Shown here in pieces: positions 1 to 9,611 of a stretch of 64,000 bases of DNA. The DNA is from Chloroflexota bacterium (GTDB lineage Bacteria; Chloroflexota; UBA11872; VXOZ01): assembly GCA_963662335.2 (NCBI GenBank), contig CAXXVD010000003.1, positions 384,001-448,000 on the forward strand. Reading direction: 5' to 3'. The notes beneath the pieces were generated by a model. It saw only the letters and a list, made by a program, of their open reading frames with translations, searched no databases and was not told the DNA's origin. How positions within the stretch are numbered: the first letter of the stretch is position 1; every line of letters begins with the position of its first letter. The position numbers and the translations under genes are program-made.

Positions 1-2
1 AC

Positions 3-137
3 AAGATGACCGCAGCCGGCCTCCAGTTCGTCGGCTGGTACGACGGGAAGAGCCTGACGACCAACCGGATGAACGCTTCGATCGTCAAGCTGAGCAACCG
101 GAACGCCTCCGGCTTCGTCATCCGCCTGCCGAGCTAG
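3..137 (+). CDS. 3' end of a CDS truncated by the window edge, product unknown
   Basis: Open frame KMTAAGLQFVGWYDGK...VIRLPS ending at TAG 135-137, with GC-rich third positions. Confidence 0.5.
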   Translation, partial: KMTAAGLQFVGWYDGKSLTTNRMNASIVKLSNRNASGFVIRLPS

Positions 138-244
138 AACGAGTAGCGGCTCTCACGCGGCGCCAGTCCCACTGCTCGCAGCGCTAGCCCGAAACCGCGG
201 GGCAGCGGCGGCGCCGGGCGATACCGGAAACCCGGGATAGCACA

Positions 245-270
245 GAGGGGCACGATACAGCGTGCCCCTC
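245..270. repeat. Palindromic REP-like hairpin GAGGGGCACG-N6-CGTGCCCCTC between convergent genes
   Basis: 10-bp inverted repeat with the same arms as the palindrome at 50234-50273. Confidence 0.6.
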
Positions 271-353
271 CTTCATTGGCCGGTCGAGCGTCTCGCAAGA
301 GCGCGTGGTAGCGGCCACCTCTTTCGTTTCGACGCTTAGCCCCGCGCCGCGCG

Positions 354-1022
354 CTACCCGTAGCGCTCTTCCGTCCATGGATCGCCGCGCATGTGGTAGC
401 CGCGTTGCTCCCAGAAGCCGGGCGCGTCGGCGTTCACGAACTCCAGGCCGCGCAGCCACTTGGCGCTCTTCCAGAAGTAGAGGTGGGGGACCATGAGGCG
501 CAGGGGCCAACCGTGGTCGTGGTTGAGGTTCTCGCCGTTGTGCTTGTAGGCCAGCAGCACGTCGTCGCGCAGGAAGTCGGCCAGCGGCAGGTTGGCGGTG
601 TAACCCTGCTCGGCGTGGGCGATGACGTGGGTGGCCGCGGGCGTGGGCGCGGCCTGCTCCGCCACGTAGAGCGCCGGCACGCCCTCGAACACGTTGTCCA
701 GCAGGCTCCACGTGGTGACGCAGTGGATGTCGCAGAGGACTTTCTTGGTGGGTAGGTTCATGAACTCTTCATAATTCCAGACGAGCGGGTTCTCCACCAG
801 ACCGACGATGCGGAGGTCCCATCTGGCGGGATCGAATCTCGGCGTGGAGCCGTAGGTGAGCACGGGCCAGCCGCGGGTGACCCACTGCCCCGGCGGCACC
901 CGCGAGCGGTCCATGGGCCGGGCGTCCAGCGCGTCCTCCGCCTCGGCGCGCACGCGCTCCGGCACTTCCGAATCGTCGCTTGCCTGCCTGCCAAAACCTG
1001 ATAGGAATCGTCCGAGTTCCAT
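354..1022 (-). CDS. Sulfite oxidase-like molybdopterin-dependent oxidoreductase (YuiH/MsrP-like)
   Basis: RVPPGQ, DIHCVTTWS with Mo-ligand Cys, HGWPLRL, YFWKSAKWL, GFWEQRGYH. Confidence 0.9.
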   Translation of the reverse strand: MELGRFLSGFGRQASDDSEVPERVRAEAEDALDARPMDRSRVPPGQWVTRGWPVLTYGSTPRFDPARWDLRIVGLVENPLVWNYEEFMNLPTKKVLCDIHCVTTWSLLDNVFEGVPALYVAEQAAPTPAATHVIAHAEQGYTANLPLADFLRDDVLLAYKHNGENLNHDHGWPLRLMVPHLYFWKSAKWLRGLEFVNADAPGFWEQRGYHMRGDPWTEERYG

Positions 1023-1105
1023 TGTGCTGCTCCCTGGTGTTCACGCCCGCCGCGCGGCCCGTCTACCCTTCAGATTAGCACAGCCCCGGCGGTACTGTGG
1101 CCGTC

Positions 1106-2146
1106 TCAGCCGCACACCTGGCGGAAGACGCGCAGGTGGTTCAGGCCCAGCATCTTGCGCAGGTCGTCCTCGCGCCAGCCGCGGGCCAGCAGGCCCTCGG
1201 TAATCTGCGGCACGACGGTGGCGTCCTTCAGCACGTCGCCGCCGCCGTCGAAGTCGGAACCGAGGCCGACGCAGTCCGTGCCGCCGACCTGGGCAATATG
1301 GTCGAAGTGGTCGAGCAGCCGCTCCAGGGTGCGCTTCTCCGGGTCGGCGTCCACGAACGCGGGCACGTAGGTCACGCCGATTACGCCGCCGTTCTGCGCC
1401 ACGGCCCGGATTTGGTCGTCGGTGAGGTTGCGCGGATGCTCGCAGAGGGCGCGGCAGGCGTTGTGGGAACCGATTACGGGCGCGCTCGTGACCTCCAGTA
1501 CGTCCCAGAAGCCCCGGTCGCTGATGTGGGAGATGTCCACGATCATGCCGAGTTCGTTCATGGAGCGCACGAGATCGCGCCCAAAGTGGGTCAAGCCGCC
1601 GCCGGTCACGTTCTCGAACGCGCCGTCGGCGGCGTGGGCGCGATAGCTCCACGTGAGCGTCATGGAGCGCACCCCGAGCCGCTGCAGCACCGGCAGTACC
1701 CAGAGGCTGCGCTCCAGCACCTCGGAATTCTCGATGGTGAGCACGGCGGCGATGCGGCCGCTGGCTGCGATGGCCTCTATTTCGCCCGCCGTGGTCGCGA
1801 TGGCGATTTGGTCGGCGTGGGCGTCCACCTCCGCCAGAAACCAGCCAAAGGCATCCATGGCGTACAACAGATGGTTGCCCCAGGCGCGGGTGACGTCCAC
1901 GGCGCAGTAGACCACGTCGACGCCGCCGGCGCGCAGCTTGGGCAGATTGACCTGCATCTCGCGCCCGCCGGGCATCAACGATCCCCGCAAGAACGTCACC
2001 ACGCTCTCCGGCTCGCCACGCGCCGGCGCGTCCGGCCCGGCAATGCTCTCCCCCTTGCGCAGGAGATAGGCGACGATGGCGTCGTTGTGAGAGTCGATGA
2101 CGAGGGACGAGTTGTGCAACTCTGAGGCGGTGGACTTTGTAGGCAT
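1106..2146 (-). CDS. Membrane dipeptidase (peptidase M19)
   Basis: IDSHND, IENS, DISHIS, SHNAC, HPRNLTD, GLGSDFDG motifs. Confidence 0.9.
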   Translation of the reverse strand: MPTKSTASELHNSSLVIDSHNDAIVAYLLRKGESIAGPDAPARGEPESVVTFLRGSLMPGGREMQVNLPKLRAGGVDVVYCAVDVTRAWGNHLLYAMDAFGWFLAEVDAHADQIAIATTAGEIEAIAASGRIAAVLTIENSEVLERSLWVLPVLQRLGVRSMTLTWSYRAHAADGAFENVTGGGLTHFGRDLVRSMNELGMIVDISHISDRGFWDVLEVTSAPVIGSHNACRALCEHPRNLTDDQIRAVAQNGGVIGVTYVPAFVDADPEKRTLERLLDHFDHIAQVGGTDCVGLGSDFDGGGDVLKDATVVPQITEGLLARGWREDDLRKMLGLNHLRVFRQVCG

Positions 2147-2388
2147 GTTTGCTCCTCTAAGTGGGCAGTTCTATCCCGTGATTGCGACTTCGATCCAATT
2201 CACCGTGTGACTGCTATATCTTCAGGTTGCTAGCAGCACAGCCAAAGGGAAGAGTTTGGATACAAGCGAACTTACCGGGATTGTAGACAACGGCATCTAA
2301 CAGCCTCTGCGCAAGAATACCTATACAACTCTTGGCAACAAATAGCGAGATATGCTGTAAAGAGATTCCGCAAGCGGCCTCGAACACG

Positions 2389-2417
2389 TTGCACATCTTG
2401 GCACAATGCTATACAAT
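2389..2417 (+). promoter_or_regulatory. Sigma70-like promoter upstream of the first NYN gene
   Basis: TTGCAC-17 bp-TACAAT. Confidence 0.6.
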
Positions 2418-2423
2418 TGAAGC

Positions 2424-2520
2424 ACAATAGCCCATCGGCGGCGTTAAAGTAACCCTTTTGGGCGGCTGCCGATAATTTTATCCCCAGGGGATGCTTGCTC
2501 TTCAAAGCATCCCCTGAAGT
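2424..2520 (+). ncRNA. Putative structured leader RNA upstream of the NYN gene
   Basis: Stem 2434-2442/2465-2473, possible pseudoknot 2430-2433/2460-2463, perfect 12-bp hairpin 2485-2496/2505-2516. Confidence 0.4.
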
Positions 2521-2531
2521 GTTTCAAGCCC

Positions 2532-3179
2532 ATGCCTACAGATTTCCAACGGCTACCGCAACTTCGAAATCGCGTGAGGGTCTTTATTGATTATTGGAAT
2601 CTCCAACTCACTCTCAACGCTAATGAAGCACGATCTCTTGGAGTGCGCGAAGTTCGATTCAAGATAGATTGGCTATCATTCCCCCGTGTTCTGGCAGATG
2701 AGGCTGCTGCTGTCGCCGGTCTACGTGACTATTCGTACGACGGTACAGTTGTCTATGCCTCCTATAACGCTATCACAGAAGCAAATCTCGATCGGTGGCT
2801 GAAGACCTGGCTCAACCGGCAGCCGGGCCTCCAGGTGGTTTCGCAAGAGAGACGCCCAAAGCGTCCCCCCAATTGTGCGCGTTGCAAGAAGCCAGTCGAG
2901 CACTGTCCTGAGTGTGGTCAGCGACTGGCGGCAACGACCGAAAAAGGGATTGATACTGCTATGGTAACGGATCTGATTCGGCTTGCATGGGAAGATGCAT
3001 ATGACGTAGGCGTTATAGTGTCTTCTGACAGCGATTTCGTTCCCGCCGTCAAATTCCTTGATTCGCGTGGCTTGAAGATGATTCAGGCGGGCTTTCCTCC
3101 CCTTGGGGTTGATCTCGCTACCTCATGCTGGGCATCCTTTGACATTTTTCCGTTGCGGGAAAAGTTCCGCAGGCAGTAG
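2532..3179 (+). CDS. NYN/LabA-DUF88 (PIN-fold) RNase with a zinc-ribbon insertion
   Basis: FIDYWN, EKGIDT, SSDSDF acidic motifs; CARC...CPECG insert. Confidence 0.88.
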   Translation: MPTDFQRLPQLRNRVRVFIDYWNLQLTLNANEARSLGVREVRFKIDWLSFPRVLADEAAAVAGLRDYSYDGTVVYASYNAITEANLDRWLKTWLNRQPGLQVVSQERRPKRPPNCARCKKPVEHCPECGQRLAATTEKGIDTAMVTDLIRLAWEDAYDVGVIVSSDSDFVPAVKFLDSRGLKMIQAGFPPLGVDLATSCWASFDIFPLREKFRRQ

Positions 3180-3274
3180 GAGAGCGCCCAGCAGTTCCTT
3201 GGCGCTAAGGCTGGGAATACCACCTTTATAACGGGTAAAGCATCAAGTTGCTTTGACCGGGCCGCGGAATCGGG

Positions 3275-3646
3275 TTACATGTCAGGATTTAATTCTTCCA
3301 AGTAAATGTCCACCGCGGGATGTGGGCGCGCCCTGAGAATTGTAACGAACTCTAAGAACCATTTTCCCTCCCCGCATTTGGGGCATGCCACAATTTCAGG
3401 TCGGCAGAATCCAAAGTCTTGAGTGTCGTGCCCGCAAATTGGCTTATAACATCCCTCGAATGTCAGGTCTCCATCATAGGTGAGCGGGGCCCTTGTGCCT
3501 GCACACACTCCTTTTGTAGCCGCTGCGATGGCTCGCTCCGCAATGCATCGCGGCACTCCTTCCGACACGAGCTTGTTTATTGTGGCTTCATGTTGCTCCA
3601 GTTGTTCCATCGATTTCTCCTGTTCATACCGGCTAAGCCTACTCAT
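3275..3646 (-). CDS. Hypothetical Cys-rich protein, possible Zn ribbon
   Basis: 123-aa ORF with GGGAGG upstream; CYKPIC and CPKC motifs. Confidence 0.5.
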   Translation of the reverse strand: MSRLSRYEQEKSMEQLEQHEATINKLVSEGVPRCIAERAIAAATKGVCAGTRAPLTYDGDLTFEGCYKPICGHDTQDFGFCRPEIVACPKCGEGKWFLEFVTILRARPHPAVDIYLEELNPDM

Positions 3647-3925
3647 CGCCGGCCAGGTCGTTCACGTCGCCTCCCTTGCCGCCATCATCCTTCTCTATCA
3701 GCGCGGCAATAATTGCAAAAATGCAACCTGTCCAGAAAACAATGTTGAAGACGACTACCCATGGATCAGACCAGTTGATGTCTATCATGTTCGCTTAGAA
3801 GCCGTCCTATCTACGGCCAGTTCTGTCTTATATCCCTCGCTCGAGTCATGATCCATTGCTCAAATAGCCATGCAGTGCATTCAATGAGGTTAGATTTGCC
3901 TACTTAGTCTAACTGCGCCGCTCAG

Positions 3926-4888
3926 CTAGTTGCCTTCTTTCGTCACCACGTCGATCAGCGCCTGGATGTAGCCGTTCGCGAACGCGCGGCCGCGGTGGCC
4001 CCAGGCGGAATCGCCGTCGGTTTGCGGCACGTGGTCGTCGATGAAGAAGCCGTCGAACCCCACCTCGTGGTAGATTTGCATCGCCTTGTGCATGTCCACG
4101 TAGCCGGTGTTGATGAACTCTTCCTGGAACTTCGGCACTGGGCTTGAGACGTTGCGGAAGTGCACGTAGAGGATCTTCTTGCGTTCGCCAAAGTAGCGGA
4201 TCATCTCGTAGATGTCCTCGCCCTGCATCTCGGCAAACGTCCCCTGGCAGAACTCCACGGCGTTGCAGTCGGACGGGTAGATTTCGATGAGGCGCTTGTA
4301 GGAAGCAAAGTTGCGGAAGAGCAGGGGAATGCCGCCCAGCCGCTCCATCGGCGGGTCGCAGGGGTGAATGCCGAGGCGGATGCCCTCTTCCTCGGCGATG
4401 GGCGTGATGAGCTTGATCCAGTACTCCAGGTTTGCCCAGACTTCCTCTTCCGTGTACTCGCTGCCGTGAGAGAGCGGCCGTTGTTCGGCTTCCGCGTAAT
4501 CGAACGCGGTGGCCACGGCCCCGCAGCGAATCTCCGCGGGCGTGGTGCGCCAGACGTGCGACGGCATCCAGTGGTAGCCGAAGATGGGAATGCCCGCCCG
4601 CGCCATGTTGCGGATGGTGGCGACCATGTTCTCGATCTGCTCGTCGCGCCGCGGCCCGCCCAGCATCACGTGGTCGTAGAATTCGACCGGCACGTTCTCC
4701 AGGGCCGTGAGTTTCAGGTCGTACTGCTCGATCTCCTTGCGGAGCTTTACCAGGTCGGCAAGCTCCCAGCGCCCGTTCTCGCCGGGCAGATTCGCCGTAT
4801 TCAGCAGCACGTCCGTCGCGCCGTACTGCGCGGCAAATTGCAGGTATTCCGGCAGCGGGTCCTTGAATTGGCCAAATCCTACTCTCAT
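3926..4888 (-). CDS. uxuA: Mannonate dehydratase (UxuA family)
   Basis: IHPCDPP, FCQGTF, YVHFRNV, DDHVP motifs; GGAGG RBS. Confidence 0.85.
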   Translation of the reverse strand: MRVGFGQFKDPLPEYLQFAAQYGATDVLLNTANLPGENGRWELADLVKLRKEIEQYDLKLTALENVPVEFYDHVMLGGPRRDEQIENMVATIRNMARAGIPIFGYHWMPSHVWRTTPAEIRCGAVATAFDYAEAEQRPLSHGSEYTEEEVWANLEYWIKLITPIAEEEGIRLGIHPCDPPMERLGGIPLLFRNFASYKRLIEIYPSDCNAVEFCQGTFAEMQGEDIYEMIRYFGERKKILYVHFRNVSSPVPKFQEEFINTGYVDMHKAMQIYHEVGFDGFFIDDHVPQTDGDSAWGHRGRAFANGYIQALIDVVTKEGN

Positions 4889-4980
4889 CCGTCATCCCTC
4901 CCTAACATGGAACTTACTCTCACGCAGTTCTCTCGCTGTCGCGCAGGCCCTCCGCAGAGCCTATGCGCAAGTGTGGTTTG

Positions 4981-6999
4981 TCATTCAGTCAAACCGTCCT
5001 GGCGACGCCAGCGATTGAATGCTTCCTTGAACCTCGGCTCATCTTCCTTCAATGAAATTGCTTGCAAATAGGCTTCCTCGATGTCTGCCTTTGGTTCGCG
5101 AAGCCAAGCAAGCGTTCCGGCAAGATCGAACCAGCACCAGGCCCTGTGAACGCGGTCATCCGTCAACTGAATTGCGCGGCGCAGCAGTTCCGCCGCCTGT
5201 CGATTCAATCTCCCCTTGGTGGGAATGTCGCGGCGCGTTGCGCGAGCCAAGGCAATCTTCGTCTGCGCAAATTCCTGAACCACTTTAGCGTCATCGCTCA
5301 CGTGGGAGTAGACGCTTTCGAAGATGCGATGCGCCTCGCGATAGTCTTGCGCGCGTTTGCTGAGAATGGCCGCTTCGACAAGATCGCCGTAACCGCTTGT
5401 GGTAGGCACGAGGCTCAGCGCTTGTCTCGCTTCTTTTCCGTTTCCCCTATTGAGCATTGCTGCGGCATAGCGCAAGTAAGGCTGTGGCGCCTCCGTCTTC
5501 TCCGTCTCGGACGTGAACTGTCTGAGGGTTGCTGCGGCCAAATCCAGGTCGTCGATTGCGCCGGCGTATTCGATGATCTGCCCGGCTATTGCCCCGGAGC
5601 CTGGCCGGTCTGCGGCAGCGCGGCGGAGTTGTGCGATGGCTTCTTGCCGCGCGCCCGTTGCCCACAAGAGTGCTGCCTCCCTAAGCGCATGAACAACACG
5701 GTAGCGGGGATGCGCAGGCAGCACTACTCTAAAGTACGTACGCCCAGGGTCAAAGTCAAAGCGCGGCTCAGGGGAGCCGCTTTCGCTCATGCGCCGCCGA
5801 ATCTTGGGTAGGCCGGTACCCCTTCCTTCAGCCAGCCGGAGTTCCTTGAGGAGTTCGCCAATTCTACGGTTACGCGCAGGCACGGGCGGCACCACACTGT
5901 CACTCGCAAGGTGCTGCAATTCGACTCCTTGAACCGGGCCCGGATAGCTGACTATCTCCATGCGGTCAGGATACATGTATATCTTTGTTGGCTCGCTGTT
6001 CTCATAAGACCGGTGATATACCGCATTGACCACCGCTTCCTCGATGGCCTCATACGGGAACGTTACCGTCTTGTCGACTTCCGCTTGGCCGGGGACCTTT
6101 TCGAAGAGGACGCCGCCAAGCGAATCAAGGAATGTCAGCGTCTGGCGAATCTGATGATGAAGGGGGCCGCGCATCGTCCTCTCTTCAATGAGGTTCCCGC
6201 CGGCATCATCGGCGAATTGGACTATTTCGATTTTGGCCCCTGGGAAGTGAATGTCTGGGTCGTCGGCAAAGAAGAGTAAGGCAACGTTGCGTGGCGCCTT
6301 ATGGGCGTTCAAAGGGGAGAGCAGCCTCATGCTCGAATATGTTTCAACGCTATCGAAGCGCAGACCTCGGCCCACGATAGCGCTGCCAACGTCGGCAAGA
6401 AATGCTCTCACCAGAGTTTCGGAAATCTCGTCCACTCCTACAGAAAGGCTGCGGCGGTCATCGAAGGGTATCTTTGCTGTCTGCTCGAAGAGTTGCGAAC
6501 GCAGCGCGCCCGTGGCTGCAACGGTTTCCGATCCCTGCCGGACATAGTGCGCTCGGTCCTTCTCCGTCGCGGACTTTGGGGCCTCATACGGACGATTGTC
6601 ACCGCCAGGCGCCCAGATCACCAGAACCGGCCGGTCTTCGTACCATTCAGGAAAGAAGAGCGGCTGATAGGCGGGGTCTATTCTATCGCATTGACCACGA
6701 ATCTCCCTCTGGATCCGGTCGATGCTCGCGCCTTCTATTCCTCTCGGCGGAAGTATCGGTTGGTCGCACTCGTCCGTATCAATTCCAATGACGATGTAGC
6801 CGCCATTCAGATTTAATATGTCATTCGCAAAGGCGCACACCGTACGTACAACGGACGTCTTGGTAACCTTATTCCAGGACGCCTTGAATTCCCGTCGATG
6901 GTCTTCGACAGCTCGTGCATGTATCAGATCGGCCAGAGAAATCGGTAAACCGCCAGCAATCACTGAGGCTCTCTTGCCACCTGTAGGGTGCTTGTCCAT
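4981..6999 (-). CDS. AlbA_2/Schlafen domain plus HATPase_c_4 (RecG-C-like) domain plus C-terminal TPR-like region
   Basis: REFKAS, CAFAN...GGYIVIG; EAVVNAVYHRSY, RNRRIGELL, EGRGTG; Ala-rich helical repeats at the C-terminus. Confidence 0.8.
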   Translation of the reverse strand: MDKHPTGGKRASVIAGGLPISLADLIHARAVEDHRREFKASWNKVTKTSVVRTVCAFANDILNLNGGYIVIGIDTDECDQPILPPRGIEGASIDRIQREIRGQCDRIDPAYQPLFFPEWYEDRPVLVIWAPGGDNRPYEAPKSATEKDRAHYVRQGSETVAATGALRSQLFEQTAKIPFDDRRSLSVGVDEISETLVRAFLADVGSAIVGRGLRFDSVETYSSMRLLSPLNAHKAPRNVALLFFADDPDIHFPGAKIEIVQFADDAGGNLIEERTMRGPLHHQIRQTLTFLDSLGGVLFEKVPGQAEVDKTVTFPYEAIEEAVVNAVYHRSYENSEPTKIYMYPDRMEIVSYPGPVQGVELQHLASDSVVPPVPARNRRIGELLKELRLAEGRGTGLPKIRRRMSESGSPEPRFDFDPGRTYFRVVLPAHPRYRVVHALREAALLWATGARQEAIAQLRRAAADRPGSGAIAGQIIEYAGAIDDLDLAAATLRQFTSETEKTEAPQPYLRYAAAMLNRGNGKEARQALSLVPTTSGYGDLVEAAILSKRAQDYREAHRIFESVYSHVSDDAKVVQEFAQTKIALARATRRDIPTKGRLNRQAAELLRRAIQLTDDRVHRAWCWFDLAGTLAWLREPKADIEEAYLQAISLKEDEPRFKEAFNRWRRQDGLTE

Positions 7000-7200
7000 A
7001 GTGCCGGTGTGTGGAGCTATGAAGATACTTACGTTTGAAGAATACCACGCATTGCTAAACTACCTAGACCATGCTGGGCTACGCTTGGCCGTGCAGATGC
7101 GCGCCAGATTGCAAGCATCATCGTATAGCAGGGCAGGCTCGCTATGCACGCGCAAAGTCTGTCCGCTGCGGTGCGTGCGAGGCAGAATTGCTGGAGCTAC

Positions 7201-7992
7201 TCACGCCATGCAACTCTTCAGATACGCCGCCGTGGCGGGCAATGACTCTGCCGGGTCGCCGGTGATGCCGCACTCCAGGGCCATGAAGCCCTCGAAGCCG
7301 ATTTCTTGCAACGCGGCAAAGCCGGAATTGAACTCGGTGTGGCCGGTGCCGGGTTGGGTGCGGTTGCTGTCGGCCACGTGGACGTGCTCCACGTATTCCG
7401 CCGCGGCGCGGATGCTGGCCGCGATGTCGGCCTCCTCGATGCTCATGTGGAAGAAGTCGGCCATGAGCCGCACGTTCGGATGGTCCGCCGCCGCGCAGAG
7501 GGCGACGCCATCGGACAGGCTGTTGGCCAGGTGCGTTTCGTAGCGGTTCAGGGGTTCCACCAGGATGAACGTGCCCGCGCGCGCGGCGCTCTCGCCGGCC
7601 TCCCGCAGCAACTCGACGTAGAGGTGGCGCTCCAGTTCCGCGCCGGACTGATAGGGCGAAAGGTCGGGGAAGATCGGCTCGCGCCCCCGCACCGGCACGG
7701 CAATCACGCCCACCAGGCCCAGTTCACCGGCCAGCGCCAGCAAGCCCCGGAAGCGCTCCATGCGCGCGGCGCGGTCTTCTTTGGTCACGCCCAGCAGGTC
7801 GTGCTCCCGCCCGGTGCAGATGGTGCTGGCGCGCACGCTGCTGTGCGCGAGCGCCGCCTTGACTTCCGGCAAGCGCTCCGCCAGGCCGTCGTGCATCAAC
7901 TCCACGCCTTCGTAGCCGAAGCGCTCCAGATTGTCGATCTTCTCCTGGAACGTGTCTCCGGGTACTTTGTTCTCTTGGCAGGCAATCTTCAT
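7201..7992 (-). CDS. Sugar phosphate isomerase/epimerase (AP endonuclease 2 TIM barrel)
   Basis: EPLNRYE, DFFHM, HVADSNR, PGTGH; start chosen after GAGGAG. Confidence 0.9.
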   Translation of the reverse strand: MKIACQENKVPGDTFQEKIDNLERFGYEGVELMHDGLAERLPEVKAALAHSSVRASTICTGREHDLLGVTKEDRAARMERFRGLLALAGELGLVGVIAVPVRGREPIFPDLSPYQSGAELERHLYVELLREAGESAARAGTFILVEPLNRYETHLANSLSDGVALCAAADHPNVRLMADFFHMSIEEADIAASIRAAAEYVEHVHVADSNRTQPGTGHTEFNSGFAALQEIGFEGFMALECGITGDPAESLPATAAYLKSCMA

Positions 7993-8079
7993 GCGACTGG
8001 CACTCCTCTTCTCTGCGGCTTCAGGTTCAAGTCTCTCATGGGGTTCGCTCGTCACTTCCCGCTAGCTTCGCACTCAAGA

Positions 8080-8229
8080 GCGGGGGACAAGCCCCCGCGC
8101 TACGTAAACGCGACAAGCCCCCGCGCTACGTAAACGCGACAAGCCCCCGCGCTACGTAAACGCGGCCGGCCCCGCGCTACGTAAACGCGGCCGGCCCCGC
8201 GCTGCGTAAACGCGACCGGCCCCGCGCTT
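8080..8229. repeat. GTAG-type REP followed by a tandem array of about six 25-26 bp units derived from it
   Basis: GACAAGCCCCCGCGCTACGTAAACGC three times exact from 8086, then degenerate copies. Confidence 0.9.
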
Positions 8230-8373
8230 CGCTAGTGCGGCGCTTTCGGCGTCCGGCCCCCCGGCACGTAAACGCGGCACTGCTTGAGTCCGCCCCCGCG
8301 CAACGCTAATGAGGCGCTGTTGGCGTCCGGCTCTGCGCTGCGTTTTCTTCAGCCCCAAGGCGGATGTAGCCCT

Positions 8374-9450
8374 TTACGGCACAATCATCACCTTCATACC
8401 CTCGGCGTTGTTGTGCGCGGCTTCGATCGCCTCCGAAAACGCGCTGATGGGGAACGTGTGGCTGATGAGCGGGTCCACGGTCACCTTGCCTTGCAGCAGC
8501 AGGTCCATGGCCAGCGGGTAGGTGTAGGGGCTGAGGTGCGCGCCGTGGATGTTCAACTCCTTGCGGTCGCCGATGATCGTCCAATCGGCTTTCACGTCCT
8601 CGCCAAACACGCTGAACTCGACGAACGTGCCCAGTTTGCGCACCATATCCAGCCCTTGGGTCACGCCGGACGGGTGGCCGGTGGCTTCGATATAGACGTC
8701 GCAGCCGTAGCCGCCGGTGAGGTCGAGCACGGCCTCCTGCGCGCCGGGGTCGGTGGGATCCAGCGTCACGTCCGCGCCGAATTCGGTGGCCAGCGCCCGG
8801 CGTCTGGGGTGCAGGTCGATGCCGATGAGTTTTTCCGGCGCATAGAGCCGCGCCGCCTGCAACATGCAGAGGCCGATGTTGCCGAGACCGGCTACCACCA
8901 CCGTATCGCCGACGCTGATCTCGCCCCGTTCCACCGCGTGGAGCGCACAGCCGAGCGGCTCCACGTAGGCGGCCTGCCGCGCCGTGAGGCCGTCCGGCAC
9001 CTTGTGGACGATGGCGTTGCGCGGCACGCGCACGTGGGTGGCCATGCCGCCGTCGCAGATGCCGCCCTTGAAGCCGAAGATGTAGTTGACCTGGCACATC
9101 CAGTACTGGCCGCGCGTGCAGAAGCGGCAGCGCCAGCAGGGCACGATCTGCTCCACCACGACCAGGTCGCCCTCTTTCAGGCCGTGCCGCTCCGCCGCGG
9201 CCGGGTCGAGCGACTCCACGTACCCGCTGAACTCGTGGCCGGGCACCACCGGCGTAATCACGTAGGGTTTGCGGGTCTCGCTGCCCCAGAAGTGGCCCGC
9301 GCCGTCGTAGCACTTGATGTCGCTGGCGCAGATGCCGCTGGCGGCGATGCGCAGAATCATCGACGCGTCGTCCATGATCGGCATGGGGGCTTCTTCGACG
9401 CGGTAGTCGCCGGGCCCGTGACAGATCACCGCCTCCATTGTCTTCGCCAT
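8374..9450 (-). CDS. Zn-dependent alcohol/polyol dehydrogenase (erythritol/threitol dehydrogenase-like)
   Basis: GICASD, GHEF, CxxCxxC...C, GLGNIG. Confidence 0.9.
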   Translation of the reverse strand: MAKTMEAVICHGPGDYRVEEAPMPIMDDASMILRIAASGICASDIKCYDGAGHFWGSETRKPYVITPVVPGHEFSGYVESLDPAAAERHGLKEGDLVVVEQIVPCWRCRFCTRGQYWMCQVNYIFGFKGGICDGGMATHVRVPRNAIVHKVPDGLTARQAAYVEPLGCALHAVERGEISVGDTVVVAGLGNIGLCMLQAARLYAPEKLIGIDLHPRRRALATEFGADVTLDPTDPGAQEAVLDLTGGYGCDVYIEATGHPSGVTQGLDMVRKLGTFVEFSVFGEDVKADWTIIGDRKELNIHGAHLSPYTYPLAMDLLLQGKVTVDPLISHTFPISAFSEAIEAAHNNAEGMKVMIVP

Positions 9451-9611
9451 GACTGCGCTTTTCCTGCGTCCGGCTGCTTGCTGGCAACGCGCTCGCCCGC
9501 CGGCATCTCGATAGGCGGCGGCGACGTTCTCAGTATGGTAAGGGATTCGCTACGGTGTCAAGGCGGAACCCCGCGGCACGGCGAGAAACCAAGCGCCATG
9601 CCTGGACCCGG

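Noticed and set aside
8086-8229. Possible CRISPR or iteron array
   Set aside because: Units are head-to-tail without spacers and derive from a REP; no cas or rep gene is nearby.
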